Shown here: in pieces, positions 6,120-14,046 of the stretch
Numbering within the stretch: position 1 is the stretch's first letter
How the letters are laid out: every line of letters starts with the position of its first letter
NCBI GenBank assembly: GCA_003345595.1
Contig: PRDI01000056.1
Location: forward strand, 1-16,521
Origin: Candidatus Thorarchaeota archaeon
GTDB lineage: Archaea; Asgardarchaeota; Thorarchaeia; Thorarchaeales; Thorarchaeaceae
Direction of reading: 5' to 3'
Length of the DNA stretch: 16,521 nucleotides
Program-made: the position numbers and the translations under genes
The notes under the pieces: model-generated
Databases searched by the model: none
What the model was told of the DNA's origin: nothing
The model's input: the letters and a program-made list of their open reading frames with translations, nothing else

Positions 6120-9077
6120 TTGAGCCTGCTCCATACAAGAATAGTGCCTCTTGCTCTTTTCATGCTGCTTTTCGTATGCAGTTTTGCAGTACTTGCTCCA
6201 TCGGCAATGACACCGGGACTTGGCACGCCGGTCCAGGACTCACAAGGATACACCGCAGCAGGTTTGGCGTCTAATGCATCTGTTCCCTATGTGGATCGCC
6301 ACTATGGTCTTGCAGATGGGATAGTCGATCCGAAGGAGTACTCCTACAACTACACAGACCCGGTCAGCGGAGTCACAGTGTACCTTGAGCACAACTCTAC
6401 TGTCCTCTTCATAGGGCTCTCTGCTCGCACATCTGGCTGGATTGGACTTGCATGGATGAACTATACTGGGGAATTCACTACAGACGGCATCAACGGCAGT
6501 GACCTGATTCTTGGCTATGCCCCAGGCACTCCTCACGAAGTTGTTCAGAGGGTAACGGGGTCTGAGGCCGTCACCGTGCACTACAAATTGCTCCTGAGAA
6601 ACGGGACTCTGATCCAAGAGGGCAATGTGCCTGATGACACCTCCACAAAAGCGATCCGGGACGAGAGTCTTCTCGATGGCTACAAGCGCCAAGTGTATGG
6701 CATGAGGATCGGAGAAACACGGCACTTCATAATCCCGGCTGCCGAGGGGTATACAACATCCACCGAGCCTCTGTATGGTCAGGACTTGGAATATGTCATA
6801 ACGCTCACCCGGATTGGCACCAACTTCAACAACCCCTCGCGCACAAGCCGTATCACGTACAGTGATTGTCATGGAATCGGCACCTTCCAACACCTCACTG
6901 ACGCCAATCGGAGTCAGATAATTGCTGCAAATGCCAGCGATGATGGTACAACAACGCAAATCGAGTACTTCGTCAGAATGAACAGCACTGACACCAACGA
7001 TGTTCCGTTGCTAAACGCCACGGATATCTGGTATCCTTTCGTATCCATGTTTGGTGCAACAGAGGACCTCAACACTCTCCCTGTTCAGCATAGCGACTGG
7101 TCGAGCCCACTTCTAGCCCGGCTGACCCCAAATGAGGCACCCACGATCACTGTCGAGAGCCCTAAGACAGACGCATCAGTTGCGTGGGTGACCAATATTG
7201 AGGTCAATGCAACGGACAACACTTTTGTCAGGCGTGTATTCTATCGTGTTGACGATGGAAACTGGACAGAGCTAGACTACAACTTCCAGACGTTTCTATG
7301 GGAGTCTGTCCTCGACCTCTCCAAGTATGTGAATGGCACACATGTATTCCACTTCAATGGGACTGATCCTTCAAACATCACGAGTGTTGTCTCAGTGAAT
7401 GTGACAATCAGCCGACCCTACCTTCCGTTACTAGGAATGAAGCTTGATGTCACACGGACAGTGACAACACTTCTGTTCCACGGCACACAGGTGACAGACG
7501 AGTTCACAGTCCAGAACAACGGCTCCGCTCCGATTGGAGCTATCGAGCTGTTTCTGCCTCAGCCTTTCGCCTCGAATTTCCTCTCATTGACAGCACAGGA
7601 CGGCTCGGCGAGACAACTCAGGGTCGTGCAACTTGACGATGTCGGGGGTATGTTGCACTGGAGAGTCCACTTCGCTGAAACAGTTGGCTTCCAGGAGTCC
7701 TATACGGTGAAGATGGTGATGTTCCTTCACTCATTGCACACCCTAACGAACTTCGATTCAAACCTGTACGAGATCAAGTTTCTGAAGTATCCAGTCGTCC
7801 CTTATGTCCTCACCTCTGCATCCCTCAGCATGGGTCTAAGGAGTGGTGACACTGCTCAAGGGGTATCACCGGAGGGCAGAGCTAGCAATCTCCCACCGAT
7901 GAAAATTGAGGAGTTCACGCTCCCAATCAAGTCATATACGCCGCTGATAGTGGCGACGCGTATCACTACGGTAATTGTGGACCCTTGGGGTTGGTTGACC
8001 TATCATGAAACGATTTCGATCGAGAACATAGGTCCTGCAAAAGAGAGCACTTTTGCACTTATCTTCCCAACATACTCGACAGACATCAAGGTCTATGACG
8101 AGGTGGGAATACTACAGGAGTCACAGAAAACTGTAGCGGGCGACTTGTGGAACGGAACAATCCGCTTAGATGTCAATCTGAATGAACGTTTTGGGGAAGT
8201 CCAGTCGTTCTGGCCTGGCTTTCGCTACACATTCCAGATAGACTACAAGGTCTTGGCCTCCAGCCACCAGAGCCCCGCTGGCGGAGCTAGTCTTCTGACG
8301 ATTCCGATAAGCACAATGGGTTATATGACCGTCGTGACGCACACTGTTGATGTAGTCCTGCCCGCATCAGTCGATGTCTTAGAGGTGTCCAAGGGCTACA
8401 GACTTCTGTACGGAGTCTTCGATGACACGCTCAGATTCGTGAGCACTAACACAACTGAGAATAACCCACCGACTGTCACATTACTCTATCGCGCTTCCCT
8501 GTGGACTGCGATGAGGCCTCTTGCCTTCTCATTCATCTTCGGGCTCTTTGCTTTCGTCTACGTAGCGTACAGGAAACTCAAGCTGCCTGCGGCGATGGTC
8601 ACGACTGCAACTTCAGAAGAAATACCTGCAGAGGCCCAACAGGCTGGTGCGCCTCCTGAGCTTCTGAGAAGGTTTGCAAGCACCTATTCAAAGAAGACCT
8701 CGTTGGATCTCGACTTGGAGAAGCTGGAGGCAGCATTGAAGCGAGGAAAAGTGAAGAAGAGAGAATTCACAATCCGCGAGGGCGACATAAAGACTCAGCT
8801 CGAGAAGATCGACAAAGAGCTAAGTGGTCTCAAGGATGAGGTCATGTCCCATGGATCGAAGTATAGAGACATGGTCGCACAGCTTGAGCTGCAAGAGGAG
8901 CGAATTGCCGGTGCAAAGGCCGGCCTCAATCAGCTTCTTATCCGGAAGAAGAAGCAGAGAATCAGTGCCGGGGCCTTTGAGAAGACGCGCCAAGATTACC
9001 TCAAGGCCATGAAGAAGGCGGTAGCTGCCACAGACCGCATCCTCTTGTCAATTCAGGAAGAAGCTGGAGAGGTCTGA
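6120..9077 (+). CDS. Type I membrane glycoprotein: signal peptide + DOMON domain (split by FKBP-like insert) + Ig-like domain + ribophorin I/OST1-like lumenal region + TM + cytoplasmic helical bundle
   Basis: TTG start with GGTGA at 6109-6113. Hydrophobic signal at aa 8-26. DOMON motifs 'SGWIGLAW..GINGSDLILGY', 'DCHGIGTFQHLTD', 'DDGTTTQIEYFVRMNSTDTND'. FKBP-like aa ~143-233. Ig-like aa ~338-432. Ribophorin-like 'VTRTVT..VTDEFTVQN', 'VIVDPWGWLTYHETISIEN', 'VYDEVG', 'VDVVLP'. TM at aa ~800-817, followed by a K/R/E-rich helical tail. Confidence 0.78.
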   Translation: MSLLHTRIVPLALFMLLFVCSFAVLAPSAMTPGLGTPVQDSQGYTAAGLASNASVPYVDRHYGLADGIVDPKEYSYNYTDPVSGVTVYLEHNSTVLFIGLSARTSGWIGLAWMNYTGEFTTDGINGSDLILGYAPGTPHEVVQRVTGSEAVTVHYKLLLRNGTLIQEGNVPDDTSTKAIRDESLLDGYKRQVYGMRIGETRHFIIPAAEGYTTSTEPLYGQDLEYVITLTRIGTNFNNPSRTSRITYSDCHGIGTFQHLTDANRSQIIAANASDDGTTTQIEYFVRMNSTDTNDVPLLNATDIWYPFVSMFGATEDLNTLPVQHSDWSSPLLARLTPNEAPTITVESPKTDASVAWVTNIEVNATDNTFVRRVFYRVDDGNWTELDYNFQTFLWESVLDLSKYVNGTHVFHFNGTDPSNITSVVSVNVTISRPYLPLLGMKLDVTRTVTTLLFHGTQVTDEFTVQNNGSAPIGAIELFLPQPFASNFLSLTAQDGSARQLRVVQLDDVGGMLHWRVHFAETVGFQESYTVKMVMFLHSLHTLTNFDSNLYEIKFLKYPVVPYVLTSASLSMGLRSGDTAQGVSPEGRASNLPPMKIEEFTLPIKSYTPLIVATRITTVIVDPWGWLTYHETISIENIGPAKESTFALIFPTYSTDIKVYDEVGILQESQKTVAGDLWNGTIRLDVNLNERFGEVQSFWPGFRYTFQIDYKVLASSHQSPAGGASLLTIPISTMGYMTVVTHTVDVVLPASVDVLEVSKGYRLLYGVFDDTLRFVSTNTTENNPPTVTLLYRASLWTAMRPLAFSFIFGLFAFVYVAYRKLKLPAAMVTTATSEEIPAEAQQAGAPPELLRRFASTYSKKTSLDLDLEKLEAALKRGKVKKREFTIREGDIKTQLEKIDKELSGLKDEVMSHGSKYRDMVAQLELQEERIAGAKAGLNQLLIRKKKQRISAGAFEKTRQDYLKAMKKAVAATDRILLSIQEEAGEV

Positions 9078-9148
9078 TTTCCAGTCCCATTTAGCAAGTC
9101 TTATCACATATGAAGAGGACCAGAGATGCCCTAATGGGGGATGCCGTT

Positions 9149-10003
9149 ATGGCCAGAAGTACACCCTTTGACAGAGAGAAAGTTAGCGTGCGCAAGACTT
9201 TGGGTTCCGGCACCAAGTCCCTAGAGATGTATCAATACTTGAGCAGATCTCCGAAGGTCCAGTCCTATCTTCGTAGTGCAAACCGTATGGCAGTGTCCCG
9301 TTTGGGGTACACAGACCATGGCCCGGTTCATGCTGAAGTGGCCACGTGGAACGCGCTCACAGCCTTTGACATCCTTGACCAGACTTTTCGCCCCAATGTT
9401 GTTGCAGAGGGGATTGGCGACACGGATGACGCACGCATGGTCGTGCTGGCATCCACTTATCTACATGATATAGGCATGGTCGTTCACCGCAATGAGCATC
9501 CCCAAGCTGCAGTCCCTCTTGCCAGCGCGATTTTAGAAGAGAAGCTCGCAGAGCTCTATGAGGATCCCGGAAAGGCGACGGACATTCTGTCGTTCATGCT
9601 CCATGGAATATACGCACATGATGATGACACACAGTGTCTGACTTTCGAAGCCGGTGTCACGAAGCTGGGCGACGGCTGCGACATGACAAAAGGTAGGACT
9701 ACCATTCCATTTCAGAAAGGCAAGGTCGACATCCATTCATTGAGCGCCATGGCAATAAACGATGTCATACTTGAGCGTGGCACTGAGAAACCGCTTCAGA
9801 TAACGGTCGATATGGACAATCCGGCTGGCGTATTCCAAGTCCAAGCCGTTCTTGAAAAGAAGATTTCGACATCGGGACTGAGTGATTACGTTTCCATAGA
9901 GGCCTTGGTGAATGGTGATCGACTGATCCTGTCTCAAGTCAAGAGGCTTTTCAGAGTTGAGATGGCCGACTCTCCACCTTCGATAAGTGTCAAAGAGAAA
10001 TGA
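9149..10003 (+). CDS. HD-superfamily metal-dependent phosphohydrolase (COG3294-like)
   Basis: 'GYTDHGPVH', 'YLHDIG..HR..H', 'IYAHD', 'DGCDMTKGR', 'DIHSLSA', 'AGVFQV'. Start is uncertain (9110/9134/9149); a TATA-like CTTATCA at 9100-9106 favours the later starts. Confidence 0.88.
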   Translation: MARSTPFDREKVSVRKTLGSGTKSLEMYQYLSRSPKVQSYLRSANRMAVSRLGYTDHGPVHAEVATWNALTAFDILDQTFRPNVVAEGIGDTDDARMVVLASTYLHDIGMVVHRNEHPQAAVPLASAILEEKLAELYEDPGKATDILSFMLHGIYAHDDDTQCLTFEAGVTKLGDGCDMTKGRTTIPFQKGKVDIHSLSAMAINDVILERGTEKPLQITVDMDNPAGVFQVQAVLEKKISTSGLSDYVSIEALVNGDRLILSQVKRLFRVEMADSPPSISVKEK

Positions 10004-10007
10004 TGGG

Positions 10008-10116
10008 TGGTAGCCCCGCCAGGGTTCGAACCTGGGTCGGCGAGGGTCTTCACCTCATAGGCTCAAGGCTATGTGGCTCCAAAACCCGCCATGCTGGACC
10101 ACTACACCACGGGGCT
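10008..10116 (-). tRNA. tRNA-Gln(TTG) with a 33-nt canonical intron at 37/38 (10046-10078); CCA encoded
   Basis: Reverse complement: AGCCCCG acceptor (A1-U72, typical of archaeal tRNA-Gln), GTGT/GCAT D-stem, GCGGG-TT-TTG-G|intron|C-CTCGC, CCAGG-TTCGAAC-CCTGG, CGGGGCT-A-CCA. BHB motif: TTTT/GAAG central helix with GG|A and AC|C bulges. Mature length 76 nt. Confidence 0.95.
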
Positions 10117-10148
10117 GTTTCTACCGGACGATTGCTTTGATTAGCATA

Positions 10149-10469
10149 TCAGGCTTCGGATTTGAGGCCAAAGGGTACCCCATTCTTGAGTATATCTGCT
10201 GGGATGCGTTCTTTCCATCTCTCCAGAAAGGCGTTCTCCTCTCTCCTCTGTCGTCCGTCCATTCTCAAGTCATCTGGTAGCATGCAGGGGATTCCCTCAA
10301 TGACTGGATACCACCGACCGCATTTGGGGCATGTGATAAGCGCTTCGTCTATTTCCTCCACTGTTTTCTCTTCTGCCTCTACGCTGTGTGCGCCGTACAC
10401 TTCAAGATGGAGTTCACTCCTACAGTCGCTTCGAGGGCAGACCAAGATTTCCATCAGCCAGCGCTTCAT
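10149..10469 (-). CDS. trm112: Trm112 methyltransferase activator
   Basis: 'MKRWLMEILVCP...C', 'EIDEALITCPKCGRWYPVIEGIPCMLPDDLR', with all four Zn-knuckle cysteines present. Confidence 0.92.
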   Translation of the reverse strand: MKRWLMEILVCPRSDCRSELHLEVYGAHSVEAEEKTVEEIDEALITCPKCGRWYPVIEGIPCMLPDDLRMDGRQRREENAFLERWKERIPADILKNGVPFGLKSEA

Positions 10470-10510
10470 TCACATTCTCTCCCTGACCTGTTCTGGTTCG
10501 ACTGTAACAG

Positions 10511-10518
10511 TTTAAAAA
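10511..10518 (-). promoter_or_regulatory. TATA box for trm112 (TTTTTAAA on the minus strand)
   Basis: The only strongly AT-rich box in the trm112/gcvPA divergent gap, about 42 nt upstream of the trm112 ATG. Confidence 0.55.
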
Positions 10519-10615
10519 CAATTCTGGAAGGTAACATCCGTCCAACCAATCCAAAAGCGTATTTGGCGGACATGTCGCGCCTTCAGTCGCGCCAAGTGCA
10601 GGCCGGTGTAGTCTC

Positions 10616-12019
10616 ATGGAGTCCGGACACCCATACCTTCCAATAACAAAAGAAGATGAAGAGGAGATGCTCAAATCGATTGGACGCGAGTCGCTCGAGG
10701 AGCTATTCTCTACCATTCCTGAGAAGTTCAGACTGAAGCGTGAGTTGAAGATACCTGATTCACACAGTGAGCTCGAGGTCACACGCCGGATTCAGGAACT
10801 GGCTGGCAGGAACCAATCCCGAGAGGATGGACGCATCTTCTTAGGATCCGGAGTCGGACTGCACTACATCCCAGCAGCAGTCCGTGCCATAGTCGGGCGC
10901 TCTGAGTTCGTGACAGCATATACAAGTTACCAACCAGAGATAAGTCAAGGAATGCTTCAGACACTCTTTGAGTACCAAAGTCTCATGGCGGAGCTCTTGA
11001 GCGTTGATGTCGTTAACAGTAGCATGTACGACATGGCCAGTGCTCTTGCGGAAGCCGCAAGGATGACAGTCCGCATTGGTGCCCGGCGTTCACGCTTCTT
11101 GGTGCCCAGTACAATCAATCCAATGCACTTCAGAGTACTGTCTACGTATGCTGAACCAGCTGCTATTGAAGTACAGAAGGTGGAGTACGATCACGCTACC
11201 GGACTGATGTCGATAGCCGATCTCAGGTCGAAAGTCGATGACACTGTCGCAGGAGTCTATATTGAGAACCCGAGTTATCTTGGCTTCATAGAAACTCAAG
11301 TTGACGAAATCAGTAAGGTTGTACATGATGCAGGTGCATTCCTCGTTGCTGGTGTGGACCTGTTGTCTCTAGGTGTCATGCGTCCCCCGGGCAGCTATGG
11401 CGCCGACATAGTCATAGGTGAGGGACAGGAGCTGGGATCGCCCGTGTCCTATGGGGGCCCGCTTCTGGGAGTATTCGGATGCAGAATGGACAGGCGGCTC
11501 GTCTATCAGATGCCTGGGCGGCTGGTGGGCATGACAAGGACCACCACAGAGCCCTATGAACGGGGTTTTGTGCTCACTCTGAGTCCGCGCGAACAGCACA
11601 TCCGAAGGGAGAAGGCAACGAGCAACATATGTTCGAATGAGGCTCTGCTCGCGGTCACTGCCGCCATCTACCTGTCACTTTTGGGTCCTGCTGGCCTGAA
11701 GCAGATTGGCGAAGCAATAGCCTACAGGTCAAACTATGCTGCAAAGGAACTCAGTACAATACCTGGAGTACTAGCCCCAGCGATTGGCAGGGCTGTCTGG
11801 AAGGAGTTTGTGGTCCGGTTTGAAAAGGGTGTGTCTGTCAAGGCTGTGCATGATGGCCTTCTGGCTCACCATATGCACGGTGGCGTATCACTGACCAAGG
11901 AGTTCCCTGCTCTTGGCGAGGCAATGCTGCTCAGCGTGACAGAAGTTCATACCAAGGCCATGATAGATGATCTTGTGAAGACAGTGAGAGAGACTGTGAC
12001 ACGAGGAGGTAGACGCTGA
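10616..12019 (+). CDS. gcvPA: Glycine dehydrogenase (decarboxylating) subunit 1
   Basis: 'PYLP', 'FLGSG..HYIP', 'EFVTAYTSYQPEISQGMLQTLFEYQS', 'NSSMYD', 'GGPLLG', 'MPGRLVG', 'REQHIRREKATSNICSN'. Confidence 0.97.
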   Translation: MESGHPYLPITKEDEEEMLKSIGRESLEELFSTIPEKFRLKRELKIPDSHSELEVTRRIQELAGRNQSREDGRIFLGSGVGLHYIPAAVRAIVGRSEFVTAYTSYQPEISQGMLQTLFEYQSLMAELLSVDVVNSSMYDMASALAEAARMTVRIGARRSRFLVPSTINPMHFRVLSTYAEPAAIEVQKVEYDHATGLMSIADLRSKVDDTVAGVYIENPSYLGFIETQVDEISKVVHDAGAFLVAGVDLLSLGVMRPPGSYGADIVIGEGQELGSPVSYGGPLLGVFGCRMDRRLVYQMPGRLVGMTRTTTEPYERGFVLTLSPREQHIRREKATSNICSNEALLAVTAAIYLSLLGPAGLKQIGEAIAYRSNYAAKELSTIPGVLAPAIGRAVWKEFVVRFEKGVSVKAVHDGLLAHHMHGGVSLTKEFPALGEAMLLSVTEVHTKAMIDDLVKTVRETVTRGGRR

Positions 12020-13587
12020 TGGTAACGCAAGCGATTGATGATAGCAAGACCCACCAAGCCAAGTGGGATGAGCCATTGATCTTCGAGCGTTCCACCCCCG
12101 GAATGGTAGGGCACATGTTGCCATCCGTTGAGGATGGGATAAGGAAGACAGTAGGCTCAATTGAGTCGCTTGTGCCCGAACAGATGCGACGCATACAGCC
12201 ACCGAAACTACCTGAGATTTCGGAGCTGCAAGTCATACGTCACTTCACACGCTTGTCACAGATGAACTTCGCAGTCAACTTGGGGACTTATCCTCTTGGC
12301 AGTTGCACTATGAAATACAACCCAGCGGTTAATGAATGGGCTGCTGCACTGCCAGCGTTTGCATCGTTGCACCCGTTGCAGGATGTGTCAACTGCACAGG
12401 GTTCACTGGAGATGATGTGGGAACTCGAGCAGTGGCTGAGTGAGATAACTGGCATGGACTCGGTGACGCTACAGCCCGCAGCAGGAGCCCACGGAGAGCT
12501 GACTGGTGTGCTTGTCATGCGGCAGTACCACAAGTGTGTCACAGGAGAGTGTACTCAGCGGAACGAGATGTTGATCCCAGATGCTGCACATGGCACAAAC
12601 CCCGCATCAGCAGCCATGGCAGGTTATGAAGTGGTTGTGATACCTTCCAACAAGGAAGGGTTTGTTGACACTGATGCGCTCAAGAGCGCAGCCGGTCCTC
12701 ATACAGCTGGTCTGATGTTGACAAACCCGAACACAATCGGCCTGTTCGAGAAAAACATAGAGGAGATTGGAGGTATAGTACACGACGCGGGCGGCCTGCT
12801 GTACTATGACGGTGCGAATTTCAACGCAATTGTGGGTATGGTTCGCCCTGGTGATATGGGGTTCGATGTAGTGCACATGAACCTCCACAAGACTTTCTCA
12901 ACGCCGCACGGTGGGGGCGGCCCCGGCTCAGGTCCAGTTGGTGTGAAGCAGAATCTTGCTGAGTTTCTGCCGGTCCCTCGGGTCGTGAAGAAAAGGGATG
13001 GCAGCTTCGACTTGGACTATGATCTACCTCGGTCCATTGGCAAGGTTCATGGCTTTTATGGCAATTTCGGGATTCTGCTAAGAGCCTATGCGTACATATA
13101 CGCACTGGGTCGACGGGGGCTCAAGAGAGCGTCTGAAACAGCAGTTCTCAATGCAAACTACTGTGGATATCACGTTAGTCGGATTCCGGGCTTCAGTCTG
13201 CCATATTCTCGGGACGATCCACGGATGCATGAGTGTGTTGTTTCAGCGGAGGATCTAAAAGCCAATACGGGCGTGGCGGCGATGAACGTGGCAAAACGTC
13301 TTCTCGATTTGGGAGTTCATGCTCCAACTATATACTTCCCGTTAATAGTGCCCGAGGCACTCATGATTGAACCTACAGAGTCCGAGTCAAAACAGGAGCT
13401 GGACGCGCTCATCGAAGCAATGCAACGGGTTTCTCGCGAGGCGTTTCAGGATCCTGAGAGGGTCACTAGCGCTCCGCATAGCACCGCTCGACGTCGTCTT
13501 GATGAGTACAGAGCTGCCCATCCGAAGACACTCACTCTTTCTTGGAGAATGCACTTGGAGCGGCAAGCCGAAGAAGGCGAAAACTAG
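12019..13587 (+). CDS. gcvPB: Glycine dehydrogenase (decarboxylating) subunit 2
   Basis: 'YPLGSCTMKYNP', 'QPAAGAHGE', 'AHGTNPASA', 'YYDGAN', PLP lysine in 'NLHKTFSTPHGGGGPG', 'MIEPTE'. TGATG stop/start coupling with gcvPA. Confidence 0.97.
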   Translation: MVTQAIDDSKTHQAKWDEPLIFERSTPGMVGHMLPSVEDGIRKTVGSIESLVPEQMRRIQPPKLPEISELQVIRHFTRLSQMNFAVNLGTYPLGSCTMKYNPAVNEWAAALPAFASLHPLQDVSTAQGSLEMMWELEQWLSEITGMDSVTLQPAAGAHGELTGVLVMRQYHKCVTGECTQRNEMLIPDAAHGTNPASAAMAGYEVVVIPSNKEGFVDTDALKSAAGPHTAGLMLTNPNTIGLFEKNIEEIGGIVHDAGGLLYYDGANFNAIVGMVRPGDMGFDVVHMNLHKTFSTPHGGGGPGSGPVGVKQNLAEFLPVPRVVKKRDGSFDLDYDLPRSIGKVHGFYGNFGILLRAYAYIYALGRRGLKRASETAVLNANYCGYHVSRIPGFSLPYSRDDPRMHECVVSAEDLKANTGVAAMNVAKRLLDLGVHAPTIYFPLIVPEALMIEPTESESKQELDALIEAMQRVSREAFQDPERVTSAPHSTARRRLDEYRAAHPKTLTLSWRMHLERQAEEGEN

Positions 13588-13656
13588 GCGAAACTGAGCT
13601 CGACCGACGCCCTACCAAAAGCATTAGAGCGTTGCGAGGAGAACAGCGAAACAGCG

Positions 13657-14028
13657 ATGATGATTCAGAAGAGAGTCGGTCGCCACAATATCGTTCTGGA
13701 CGCTAGGTCTGTCGGAAACGACCTATTGGTGGTGATCTACGGTGGCGATGAATACCACATTGGTGCCGTCGCGGTGGCCTATCCCACAATGAGTCATTAC
13801 AGAGCAAAAGGTACTGTCAGCCTGAACTCATTGACGCTACCTGGGCACAGTGACTACGTGGTGGCAAATGTCGCAGCCGAGAAGACATGTAAGGCCCTGG
13901 GGGTCACCACGGTTGTGACTGTCGGTATTCACATGGAAAACGCATCAAGAGAGGAGATTGAGCAAGCAGTCAAAGCCGCTGACCTAATGGTGGATGAGAT
14001 GATCGCTCGCCACAAGAAGCTGCCGTGA
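13657..14028 (+). CDS. LpdD / PAC4-like small protein (prenylated-flavin chaperone LpdD-like fold)
   Basis: 'GNDLLVVIYGG..HIGAVAVA', 'LPGHSD', 'VTVGIHMENASREEI', the three-His pattern of the LpdD-like family. Confidence 0.75.
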   Translation: MMIQKRVGRHNIVLDARSVGNDLLVVIYGGDEYHIGAVAVAYPTMSHYRAKGTVSLNSLTLPGHSDYVVANVAAEKTCKALGVTTVVTVGIHMENASREEIEQAVKAADLMVDEMIARHKKLP

Positions 14029-14046
14029 TGTGTGGAGGTGTGTCGG

